Assembly (NCBI GenBank): GCA_965276845.1
Contig: OZ255699.1
Coordinates: 94,687-158,686 of the forward strand
Reading direction: 5' to 3'
Origin: Parvibaculaceae bacterium
GTDB lineage: Bacteria; Pseudomonadota; Alphaproteobacteria; Parvibaculales; Parvibaculaceae
DNA length: 64,000 bases
The notes beneath the pieces were generated by a model. It was not told where the DNA came from. It saw only the letters and a program-made list of their open reading frames with translations, and ran no database searches. The translations under genes and the position numbers were made by a program. Shown here piece by piece: positions 46,979 through 55,338 of this stretch (within the stretch, counting starts at the first letter, position 1; every line of letters begins with the position of its first letter).

Positions 46979-49318
46979 GTGTCGGAAAATGTTGTAGTGC
47001 AGATGCCGGAGAGGGAAACGGATACCGTTTTCCTTGTGGAGGCCGGCAGCTCATTTGAGCTCAATTGCATTCGCAAATGGATCGAAGAACATCCGCGCCA
47101 CTCAGAGGATGATGCAAGGCTTGTCGTTATCGGGGATGCGCGCAATGGCGGCCATAAGGAACTGAAAGGCCTTATGGACGGCGGTGATATTAACGGTGAT
47201 CCCTGGCTTCAGCCGCTGCGGGTGATTTGGAAGCCCAGCGAGGACGTGCGGCACGGGAATTCATTCTTGAATACCTGGCTTGCGACGGTTTTTGAGAAAC
47301 CCGGCCGCATCCGTCAGAAGCTGATGGGCGGCTCCGCGCCTGACCGACTGCGCGTAGCAGAAGGTCAGGGTGCCTTCTTGAGTTCCGTGCGCGAACGCTT
47401 TGACGAAACCTGGGGCGCGGAAGGGGTTCGCACCACGCGGCTGCCGGAATTCGTGGTACGTCAGGCCGTGATTGCTCTGGATCGTGCAGAACGCAACATT
47501 CGCGGTGCCCGCTACAAGGTTGCGCGCCTGCTGATGGGTGATGTTGTCGCGAGCCCCTCCTTCCAGCGGGATCTCGGGGCGCTTGCCGGGACGCTCGGTC
47601 GATCCCTGTCGGAAGTTGAAACGGAAACCAAAGCCTATCTGGATGAGATGAGCGCCCGTCAGACGCCGGTTTCGCTCGATATTGCCATGGGGCTTTATCG
47701 TCGGGCGTGCCGCAGTCATCACCATCCCGACATAGATTATGATCCGGAAGAGCTTGAGCAGTTGCGCCAATGGATGGAAGAAGGACCGGTGGTTCTGCTC
47801 GTCACGCATAAGTCCATGCTGGACACGATGGCGGTCTCGACTGTCCTGTTTGATCACAACATTCCGGTGCCGTTGACCTTTGGAGGCATCAACCTCAACA
47901 CCATTGGCATCGGGCGGTTGGCAGCCAATGCGGGCATCATCTTTCTGCGGCGTGCGTTTCAGGACAATGACATCTACAAAACGACCTTCCGTCGTTATGT
48001 GGACTATTTGGTCGAAAAGCGTTTTTCACTGATGTGGGCGCTGGAGGGCACACGCTCGCGGACCGGCAAGCTTCTGCCGCCGCGTTATGGGCTCATGAAC
48101 TATGTCGTCGAAAGCATTCTGAGAACCAAAACCCATGGCCTGCGTTTCGTGCCTGTATCGGTCACATACGATCAGATTACTGAAGTCGACGACTATGTGA
48201 TCGAACAAAAGGGACAGGACAAAAAACCGGAAGGGGCGAGCTGGTTCCTCAAATTCATCACCGGAAAAGGCTCGGATCACAAGATCTACGTCCGCTTTGG
48301 CGAGCCGGTTACCGCACTCGATGTACTGCCGGGGGAAGCCCTCAAGGAAGATTTGCCGGACACCGACAAGAAGAAGCTGGTTGAGCAAATCGCAATCCGC
48401 GCCGCGGTCCGGCTGAACGATGCATCTCCCATCAACCTGACGTCTCTGCTGACATTGATCCTGTTGGCAAACGGACCCCGCGCTCGAACCCTTGAAGGCC
48501 TCACCCGGACGGTCTGCTCTTGGATGGACCTGGTCGATAGCCGCGATATCCCGGTCGTAGGTGGGACCGACAAGCTTCGGACGCCGAGCCAAATCGAAGC
48601 AACGCTGACCTCTTTGGAAGAAAACGGCGTTGTAACCCGGCACGATTCAGGACTTGGGGCCGTGTTCCATATCGCGGCCGGGCAGTATCACAAGGCGGCT
48701 TACTACCGGAACACAGCGATCCACTTCTTTGTGACCGACGCCATTATTGAACTCGCCCTGCTCCATGCAGCGGAGCAAAAAGACACGGAAATGGCCTTCT
48801 GGCGAGAAGCCTTGGCGCTCCGGGATCTGCTGAAATTCGAATTCTATTTCGCGACACGCGAAGACTTCCTGAAGGAAGTGCGCGAGAAAATGGCGGAAAG
48901 AGATCCGCACTGGCAAACCCGTCTCCAGGAAGGCGAAGCGTCTGCTCGCTCACTCCTGGAAGCCCGCGAGCCGGTCGTCTCACAGGGCGTTCTGAGGTCA
49001 TTCATCGATGCTTATCAGGTGCTGGCGGATGCGTTGGTGCAACGCGGTGGCCAACCAGTTGAAAATAAAAAGGAATTTCTGCAGCTATGCATGACCTATG
49101 GCGCGCAGGCTCATTTGTTACAGCGGGTCTTCTCCGAAGAATCGCTTTCAAAGACCCTTTACGAAACTGCCTTTAAACTGGCGGATCATAGAGGCCTCAT
49201 TGACGCAGGCAGTGAGACCCTGACGAACGACCGTAAGATCTTTGCGGACCAAGTGCGTTCTGTGAGCCGCCGACTTGAAATCCTATTGGGGCTGTCCATC
49301 AGCCGTCAGACAGATTAG
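46979..49318 (+). CDS. plsB: Glycerol-3-phosphate acyltransferase, PlsB-type
   Basis: 779 aa with acyltransferase blocks I-IV recognisable: HKSMLD (Hx4D), IIFLRRAF, LEGTRSRTGKLL, FVPVSVTYD. GTG start with GGAGGA upstream. Confidence 0.8.
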   Translation: MSENVVVQMPERETDTVFLVEAGSSFELNCIRKWIEEHPRHSEDDARLVVIGDARNGGHKELKGLMDGGDINGDPWLQPLRVIWKPSEDVRHGNSFLNTWLATVFEKPGRIRQKLMGGSAPDRLRVAEGQGAFLSSVRERFDETWGAEGVRTTRLPEFVVRQAVIALDRAERNIRGARYKVARLLMGDVVASPSFQRDLGALAGTLGRSLSEVETETKAYLDEMSARQTPVSLDIAMGLYRRACRSHHHPDIDYDPEELEQLRQWMEEGPVVLLVTHKSMLDTMAVSTVLFDHNIPVPLTFGGINLNTIGIGRLAANAGIIFLRRAFQDNDIYKTTFRRYVDYLVEKRFSLMWALEGTRSRTGKLLPPRYGLMNYVVESILRTKTHGLRFVPVSVTYDQITEVDDYVIEQKGQDKKPEGASWFLKFITGKGSDHKIYVRFGEPVTALDVLPGEALKEDLPDTDKKKLVEQIAIRAAVRLNDASPINLTSLLTLILLANGPRARTLEGLTRTVCSWMDLVDSRDIPVVGGTDKLRTPSQIEATLTSLEENGVVTRHDSGLGAVFHIAAGQYHKAAYYRNTAIHFFVTDAIIELALLHAAEQKDTEMAFWREALALRDLLKFEFYFATREDFLKEVREKMAERDPHWQTRLQEGEASARSLLEAREPVVSQGVLRSFIDAYQVLADALVQRGGQPVENKKEFLQLCMTYGAQAHLLQRVFSEESLSKTLYETAFKLADHRGLIDAGSETLTNDRKIFADQVRSVSRRLEILLGLSISRQTD

Positions 49319-49365
49319 ACGCCAAGCAACCCGACAGGGTTGAAACCGATTAAAGGACCGAGCGA

Positions 49366-50892
49366 ATGCCAAGCTATCGTTTTCTGATCGATGAAGTGGA
49401 AAAGGGACCCTCCGGCTCTCACATCGCCGCTTTTTTCGACATGGACCGGACGCTGATCTATGGCTTTTCTGCGCAGGACCTGATGATCGAACAGGTGACC
49501 AGCGGCGAGCTTTCTATTGGTGAGGTTGTCAATCAGGCGTCTCACGGCATTCAGTTTGCCCGTGGCAAGATCGACTTTGCCGAAATGGTGAACAGCACCG
49601 CGAAACACCTGCGTGGTCAAGTCGATAGTCGGAACTATGAATTCGGACGCCGTGTGTTCGAGAAGCGCGTTGCCTCGCGGATCTACCCCGAATCCAGGCT
49701 ATTGATTGACGCGCATCTCAAGAAAGGCCATGAGGTCGTCATTGTATCAGCCGCGACACCCTATCAGGTGGAGCCGGTCGCCAATGATTTGGGCGTTCAC
49801 AGCTTCCTATGCACACACTTGGAAGTGAAAAATGGCATCTGTACTGGCAAGGTGGTTGAGCCCGCCTGTTATGGCGAAGGCAAATCCATCGCGGTGCGTA
49901 ACTTCATTGCGGACCGGCATATCGATCTCGGCGAAAGCTATTTCTATAGCGATGGCGATGAAGACCTTCCGCTGCTTGAAATCGTTGGCAATCCCCGACC
50001 GCTCAACCCGAATAAGAAGCTGACCTCTGTCGCAAAGTCGCGCGACTGGCATATCACGCGGTTTGAAGGCCGGGGGCGAACCACCGCGAAGGATGTGGCG
50101 CGGACCGGACTTGCTTATCTGAGCGCTGCCCCGGCGGCGGCGGCGGCATTATCGGCCTACTCGATCAACGGATCGGCCCGTCAGGCACGGAACATTTTCC
50201 AGGGCCTTTGGGGGGAACTTTCCTCCGCATCGATCGGTCTTGAACTGGATGTAAAGGGCCGGGAGCATTTGTGGTCCCATCGGCCAGCCGTCTTTATGGC
50301 GAACCATCAAAGTGCTGTGGACGCCATCGCCGTGCTGAAGCTGGTGCAGAGCGATTTCACGGCAATTGCCAAGAAAGAGGTGCAGTCGCAGCCCATCATC
50401 GGCCAGATGTCGGAGGCGATGGGGACGATCTTTGTGGACCGATCCGACAATAAAGCCGCTCGCGAGGCGCTGCAGCCGGCGGTGACGGCGCTCAAGAGCG
50501 GCACATCGATTATCATTTTCCCGGAAGGCACACGCAGCCCGACGAACAAACTGTCCAAGTTCAAGAAAGGTGGCTTCCACCTGGCCATGCAGGCTGGTGT
50601 GCCCATCGTGCCGATTGTGTTGCACAATACGACGGATGCGATGCCCAAGAGCGCGTTCATTGCGCGCCCGGCGACGGTTCATGTCACGGTGCTGCCGCCG
50701 ATTGAGACGGCGGACTGGGCAATCGAAGACCTCAACGAGAATATCGATATGGTCCGTAAACAGTTCCTGAAAGAGCTTGATCAGGACAGCATAGACACCT
50801 CGAAGGATGTGATCCGCCTCGCCCAATCGGGCAACAAGCCAACAGCATCTGTCGAAGACGAGGGAAACAAGCCCAAAAAGAGTAAGGGCTAA
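49366..50892 (+). CDS. Fusion: HAD-IB (SerB-like) phosphatase domain + lysophospholipid (1-acyl-G3P) acyltransferase PlsC domain
   Basis: HAD motif I FFDMDRT (D25/D27) and a later SDGDEDLP. An alanine-rich hydrophobic linker follows (AYLSAAPAAAAALSAYS). PlsC motifs NHQSAVD (Hx4D) and FPEGTRS are present. Confidence 0.8.
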   Translation: MPSYRFLIDEVEKGPSGSHIAAFFDMDRTLIYGFSAQDLMIEQVTSGELSIGEVVNQASHGIQFARGKIDFAEMVNSTAKHLRGQVDSRNYEFGRRVFEKRVASRIYPESRLLIDAHLKKGHEVVIVSAATPYQVEPVANDLGVHSFLCTHLEVKNGICTGKVVEPACYGEGKSIAVRNFIADRHIDLGESYFYSDGDEDLPLLEIVGNPRPLNPNKKLTSVAKSRDWHITRFEGRGRTTAKDVARTGLAYLSAAPAAAAALSAYSINGSARQARNIFQGLWGELSSASIGLELDVKGREHLWSHRPAVFMANHQSAVDAIAVLKLVQSDFTAIAKKEVQSQPIIGQMSEAMGTIFVDRSDNKAAREALQPAVTALKSGTSIIIFPEGTRSPTNKLSKFKKGGFHLAMQAGVPIVPIVLHNTTDAMPKSAFIARPATVHVTVLPPIETADWAIEDLNENIDMVRKQFLKELDQDSIDTSKDVIRLAQSGNKPTASVEDEGNKPKKSKG

Positions 50893-51045
50893 CGACCTTA
50901 TTGGAGGCGCATAGTCGGGTCCCCGGCGGCGTTTAAGGCCGAGGCACACGACCGCCGAAAAACAGCAAAACCCCTACTTTTCCTCGGCTTGTTTCCGGAG
51001 TGGCGAGACCCATTTCAATAGGGAACAAAGAATAAGAGGGTTCCC

Positions 51046-52254
51046 GTGGGCGACGCTGTACTATCCAAAATCCAGGAATTTTTGAAATTAGAAGCCGCGG
51101 GCGGCATCGTCCTGATGGCCGCGGCTGTGCTGGCGCTCATTATCGCGAACTCTGTCTTTGCGGGATATTACGACGCCTTTCTGGCGACGCCCGTTGCGGT
51201 CGAGTTTGGCGCACTAAAGATCGCAAAGCCTCTTCTTTTGTGGGTGAACGATGGCTTGATGGCGATCTTTTTCCTGCTGGTAGGCCTTGAGATCAAACGA
51301 GAATTCCTTCAAGGAGAACTCTCCTCGCGGGACCAGGCGGCGCTTCCATTTTTTGCGGCTGTCGGCGGGATGGCACTGCCCGCTCTGTTCTATGTGTTTT
51401 TCACCTGGGGTGATGCTGTGCACACCCGCGGCTGGGCCATCCCGGCTGCCACCGATATTGCCTTCGCGCTCGGCATCCTGTCGCTTATCGGTGCGCGCGC
51501 TCCTCTGTCCCTCAAAGTGTTGTTGACTGCCATCGCGATCATTGATGATCTCGGTGCGATCATCATTATCGCGCTGTTCTATACGGAAAACCTCTCGCTC
51601 ATGTCTTTGGGGTTAGCAGCCATCGGATTGCTCGGTCTGGCCGCCCTCAACTTCGCCAATGTAAGACGGCTGGCGCCCTATATTCTCGTCGGCGTCTTCC
51701 TCTGGGTTTGCGTGTTGAAGTCGGGCGTTCACGCGACCCTGGCCGGCGTGGCCATCGCCATGGCGCTGCCGCTCAGGGGCGACACGACCGGTGATGAGCA
51801 TGGCGAACCACCTTTGCTCCGGCTGGAGCATTCGCTGCTTCCTTGGGTCGCGTTCGGCATCATGCCCCTCTTCGGGTTTGCCAATGCAGGTGTTTCCTTC
51901 GCAGGCATGGGCCTCGACAGTTTCACCCATCCTGTGACGGCTGGCATTATCGCCGGCCTGGTTGTGGGCAAAATGGCAGGTGTGTTTGGCTTGGCGTGGC
52001 TTGCCGTCAAAACCGGTATTGCGAAAATGCCGGCGGGCGCTAACTGGATGCAGATCTATGGGGTCGCGTGTCTTTGCGGTGTTGGCTTTACCATGAGTCT
52101 CTTCATCGGCACGCTCGCCTTTGAAGATCCATCCTATGCCGCGACGGTACGCCTGGGAGTGCTGACAGGGTCACTCATCTCAGGTGTCATCGGCTTCGTC
52201 TGCCTGCGCTTCCTTTCAGGGGAGCCGGCCGCAGCACCTGCCGCCGCCCGATAA
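51046..52254 (+). CDS. nhaA: Na+/H+ antiporter NhaA
   Basis: 402 aa with the conserved [21 protein letters not shown] and AIIDDLGAI (DD pair) motifs. Confidence 0.92.
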   Translation: MGDAVLSKIQEFLKLEAAGGIVLMAAAVLALIIANSVFAGYYDAFLATPVAVEFGALKIAKPLLLWVNDGLMAIFFLLVGLEIKREFLQGELSSRDQAALPFFAAVGGMALPALFYVFFTWGDAVHTRGWAIPAATDIAFALGILSLIGARAPLSLKVLLTAIAIIDDLGAIIIIALFYTENLSLMSLGLAAIGLLGLAALNFANVRRLAPYILVGVFLWVCVLKSGVHATLAGVAIAMALPLRGDTTGDEHGEPPLLRLEHSLLPWVAFGIMPLFGFANAGVSFAGMGLDSFTHPVTAGIIAGLVVGKMAGVFGLAWLAVKTGIAKMPAGANWMQIYGVACLCGVGFTMSLFIGTLAFEDPSYAATVRLGVLTGSLISGVIGFVCLRFLSGEPAAAPAAAR

Positions 52255-52275
52255 CTCGGCATTGCGCACTTTAGA

Positions 52276-52303
52276 CGACGAGCGCTCTCAAAAGTGCTCG
52301 TCG
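52276..52303. terminator. Candidate bidirectional hairpin between convergent nhaA and the PII-like gene (8-bp stem CGACGAGC/GCTCGTCG)
   Basis: The inverted repeat was read directly. It overlaps the last codons of the minus-strand gene and has no clear U-tract. Confidence 0.25.
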
Positions 52304-52596
52304 CGCAAGACCTCAACATCCGATGCATAAAGAACGCCAATGGCATCGCCGATAGCGTCCTTGATGGCCGTCATGACCTCGCCGGCAATTGATGCGTCTA
52401 CGATGCAAATCACCATGACGTTCTCAAAAGCCCCACTCAAGCCGCTACCGCGGCGGTCACCGTGGATGCCGCTCCCCTGCAGGTTGGGCAGTGCCGTGTA
52501 GCCCTTGGCGCCCGCTTTCTGCGCCGCTTCTGCGACACGCGGCGCGTAAATGGCCTCAACAACCACTTCAATCTTCTTCTTTTTGAACATCTGCAT
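52288..52596 (-). CDS. PII-like signalling protein (SbtB-like)
   Basis: 102 aa. The beta-alpha-beta pattern with a Gly-rich T-loop-like insert (NLQGSGIHGDRRGSG) is PII-like. It lies 12 nt downstream of an SbtA-family permease gene. Confidence 0.65.
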   Translation of the reverse strand: MQMFKKKKIEVVVEAIYAPRVAEAAQKAGAKGYTALPNLQGSGIHGDRRGSGLSGAFENVMVICIVDASIAGEVMTAIKDAIGDAIGVLYASDVEVLRDEHF

Positions 52597-52608
52597 GATC
52601 GCGTCCCG

Positions 52609-53595
52609 TTAGTTGTAGAGGGTCGCGATCACCGCCGCATAGAGCGGGATGCCGACCAGTACGTTGAAGGGAAAGGTAACCCCAAGAGAGAGGGGGATAA
52701 ATATGCCAGGGTCTGCTTTTGGCAGAGCCAGCCTGATCGCGGCCGGCACGGCAATATAGGAAGCGCTGGCCGCCAGGACCGCGAGTAAGGTCGCCCCGCC
52801 TGCTGACAAACCAACCATATAGCCGGTCGCACCGCCCAGCACAGCGCCGATGAGGGGCATATAAAGACCGAACGCGATCGCCGACGGGCTGAGCGAAGAC
52901 GCCGTCCGCAAACGATGTGCGGCAACCAATCCCATGTCGAGCAAGAAGAGACACAACACACCCTGGAAGGGGTCAACGAAGAAGGGCGCGACGGTCTCCA
53001 GTCCCTGTTCGCCGGTTGCCCAACCAATGACGAAGCCACCCAACAGCAGCATGATGGACCCGTTAAACAGGATCTCTCGGATCATCTCAGGCTGAAAGAG
53101 CGGCGCTTTTGTACCACTCTCGTCATTCTTCTTTCGTGCGAGCATAAGCCCGGACACGATCGCGGGCGTTTCCATCAACGCCACCATGGCGATGATGTAG
53201 GCCTCGTAAGTGATGTCGAGACTGGTGAGGAACTGCGTCGCGGTCACAAAGGTGACGATGCTGACCGACCCATAGTGCGCTGAGACAGCGGCGGCATCGA
53301 TCCTCGTAAAGCGGGTTGTCATCCGCAGCAGGAAGAATGCGACATAGGGGATCAGGAAGCTCAGCAAAACGGCGGCGATGAGTCCCGGCAGGATAGACAG
53401 GCCGGCATCGGAGGCCGCGAGGCTGGCGCCTCCCTTAAGACCAATAGCCAGCATCAGATAGATCGAGAGGCCCTTTGCGATCGCCTCAGGTATCTCCAGG
53501 TCACTTCGAAGGAAGCCTGCAAGGCCCCCTAACAAAAATGCCAAAATGGCGGGTGAAACGAGATTGCTGGTTGCTACCGCAAGTACATCAGCCAT
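52609..53595 (-). CDS. Sodium-dependent bicarbonate transport family permease (SbtA-like, DUF897)
   Basis: 328 aa with ~10 TM segments. The N-terminal SPAILAFLLGGLAGFLRSDLEIPEAIAKGLSIYLMLAIGLKGG is characteristic of the Sbt_1 family. Confidence 0.7.
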   Translation of the reverse strand: MADVLAVATSNLVSPAILAFLLGGLAGFLRSDLEIPEAIAKGLSIYLMLAIGLKGGASLAASDAGLSILPGLIAAVLLSFLIPYVAFFLLRMTTRFTRIDAAAVSAHYGSVSIVTFVTATQFLTSLDITYEAYIIAMVALMETPAIVSGLMLARKKNDESGTKAPLFQPEMIREILFNGSIMLLLGGFVIGWATGEQGLETVAPFFVDPFQGVLCLFLLDMGLVAAHRLRTASSLSPSAIAFGLYMPLIGAVLGGATGYMVGLSAGGATLLAVLAASASYIAVPAAIRLALPKADPGIFIPLSLGVTFPFNVLVGIPLYAAVIATLYN

Positions 53596-53696
53596 TAACG
53601 CATGTTCCCCTGTTGCGTCGGCGCCTCGGAGGTGAGGCAGTCTGCTGCAAAATTACCGGCAAGATAGAGCAATTTCTCTCAGACACAACGCCGACG

Positions 53697-53731
53697 AAAA
53701 AAAGGGTATTCCTGCGATTGCAGAAATACCC
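53697..53731 (-). terminator. Rho-independent terminator downstream of chrR
   Basis: On the minus strand: GGGTATT-T-CTGC-AATC-GCAG-G-AATACCC followed by TTTTTTT. That is a 12-bp stem including one G.U pair, a 4-nt loop and a U7 tract, 57 nt after the chrR stop. Confidence 0.75.
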
Positions 53732-53787
53732 AAGTGCTAGTAGTCCCGTACTAGGTCTGTGTCGCAGGTGGCGCACCTGCGTCGTTC

Positions 53788-54450
53788 TTAGATCCCGATA
53801 AAGGGTTGTGCGATGCGCGCCCCAATGCTCTTGAATCTGAGCGGCGCATCTGTGATGGCAAGGCAGATGCAGTCTTCACCTGGGCCTGCGACAGGCATGT
53901 GTTCAACATCATCATCTGCAGCTTCGACGTCACCGCGCAGGAATTCGCCCTGATGCGTCGTGAAAGACCCCGTCAAAACGAGGGTTAGTTCTTCACCTCT
54001 ATGTCCGTGCGCCGGGACGGGTTGTCCAGCCGGCACTTTCAACAGACGTGCCTTGCCCTCTCCATTCCGAAGCGTAATCGGGATGTGATAGGCGCCTTTG
54101 CCGAGGCGTTTCCAATTCAGCGCGTGAAGGTCTCCGCCAACGTAGGATTTGAGGGGTTCAGGCAGCACGGAGGGAATCTCAGCCGCCTGCTTGTGAGCAA
54201 CGGGGTGCTCCTCCTCAGGCTCCACGGAGTCCAATTTGCTCATCAGCTTGTCGAAAGCATCATCACTCAAGTCAACAGGGGCGAGCTCGCCGAGCAGCGC
54301 GCCGCCCAGCTCTTCGGCTTCCTCAGCTGCCTTGCGGCAGGAAGGGCAGAGCGCCAGATGGGTTGCGACCAAAAGGCTCCAAGCTTCAGGCAAGCTGCCC
54401 GCGGCATAAGAGACAAGGATTTCGTCTGCAATGTGGTGGCGAATAGTCAT
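53788..54450 (-). CDS. chrR: Anti-sigma-E factor ChrR (ZAS N-domain + C-terminal cupin)
   Basis: 220 aa with the zinc anti-sigma motif HLALCPSC, a C-terminal cupin (HGHRGEELTLVLTG) and an ATGA overlap with the sigma factor gene. Confidence 0.88.
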   Translation of the reverse strand: MTIRHHIADEILVSYAAGSLPEAWSLLVATHLALCPSCRKAAEEAEELGGALLGELAPVDLSDDAFDKLMSKLDSVEPEEEHPVAHKQAAEIPSVLPEPLKSYVGGDLHALNWKRLGKGAYHIPITLRNGEGKARLLKVPAGQPVPAHGHRGEELTLVLTGSFTTHQGEFLRGDVEAADDDVEHMPVAGPGEDCICLAITDAPLRFKSIGARIAQPFIGI

Positions 54451-55046
54451 ACGCGTGGTCCGTCGGTAGAAGGTAATCTACTATCATCTAAAGTGGAGCG
54501 GAGCTTACCCAAGGCAAGCCTAAGTCTCGATTTCACGGTGCCGAGTGGAATGCCCAGATGCTCGGCGATTCGTCCATGAGACATGTCTTCAAAGAACGAC
54601 AATTTTAGGATTGCCTTTTGGTCTTCAGAGAGATGTTTCATGGCTTCGAGCAGTTGCAACTCTGATTGCTTCTGTTCAATGACCGTATCCGCTGGTTCTT
54701 CTGGTTCAGGGATAAGGCTCGGATCATTTGGATCCAGCTCCGGTCGGTTTTCTCGCCGGAAGGCATCAATGCGCTGATTCCGGGCGATTCGGAAAATCCA
54801 TGTTGAGGGCGCCGATTTGGATGAATCAAACTGACTGGCTTTCCGCCAGACTTTGATCATTGTTTCCTGCGTCAGTTCCTCGGCTTGTCCGGCCTGACAG
54901 CCCAAGCGCATGACATAAGCTTTTACGCGAGGCCCGAAATAGGAGAACAGGGATTGAAAAGCCCGCTTGTCCTGATGTGCGCCAACGGCCCGCAAGCAGG
55001 CTGCATGATCGTCAATATCATACTCTTCCACCAGAACATCGGCCAT
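54447..55046 (-). CDS. rpoE: ECF RNA polymerase sigma factor (RpoE, ChrR-partnered group)
   Basis: Sigma-70 region 2 (ELTQETMIKVWRKA) and region 4 (MSHGRIAEHLGIPLGTVKSRL). Start uncertain: ATG 55046 (GGAGG 13 nt upstream) or ATG 55154, which would be leaderless relative to the promoter below. The ORF-track 55472 is an over-extension. Confidence 0.85.
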   Translation of the reverse strand: MADVLVEEYDIDDHAACLRAVGAHQDKRAFQSLFSYFGPRVKAYVMRLGCQAGQAEELTQETMIKVWRKASQFDSSKSAPSTWIFRIARNQRIDAFRRENRPELDPNDPSLIPEPEEPADTVIEQKQSELQLLEAMKHLSEDQKAILKLSFFEDMSHGRIAEHLGIPLGTVKSRLRLALGKLRSTLDDSRLPSTDGPRV

Positions 55047-55160
55047 CGTCTGGTCGGAGCCTCCTAAAGGCGGGCGTGCATCAGGATTAACAACCACGAG
55101 GCGTAGATTACGCCGTCCATGGCTCGATGCAGATGTATGTTCGCGCAGGCTCATAATAGG

Positions 55161-55189
55161 TCTTACGCGCAGAAATGGCCATTGGATCA
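55161..55189 (-). promoter_or_regulatory. Sigma-E (RpoE/ChrR-type) autoregulated promoter: TGATCC-N16-CGTAAGA
   Basis: Minus strand: TGATCC (55189-55184), 16-nt spacer, CGTAAGA (55167-55161). This matches the Rhodobacter sphaeroides RpoE target consensus as I recall it (TGATCC ... TAAGA). Confidence 0.7.
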
Positions 55190-55212
55190 ACCAAAAATTG
55201 CTTCTTTTTTCC

Positions 55213-55241
55213 TGATCTAGGCCAGCATTTCCGCCGTATTT
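55213..55241 (+). promoter_or_regulatory. Second sigma-E-type promoter, divergent: TGATCT-N16-CGTATTT
   Basis: It has the same architecture and the same 16-nt spacer as the rpoE promoter. It lies 30 nt upstream of the TTG 55271 candidate start and about 98 nt upstream of ATG 55339 of the FAD-oxidoreductase gene. Confidence 0.6.
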
Positions 55242-55338
55242 AGGTAAACACACAGAAAAAGGCTGGTCATTTGCCCTACGAAGCACGCCCCCCCCAAACA
55301 CGAAGAAAAATCGCCATATTGGGTCCGGAATTGCCGGC

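Noticed and set aside
55288-55295. 8-C homopolymer considered as a phase-variation (slipped-strand) switch for the FAD oxidoreductase
   Set aside because: The frameshift that breaks the Rossmann motif maps about 25 nt downstream of the C-run, not in it. A single window gives no evidence of length variation.
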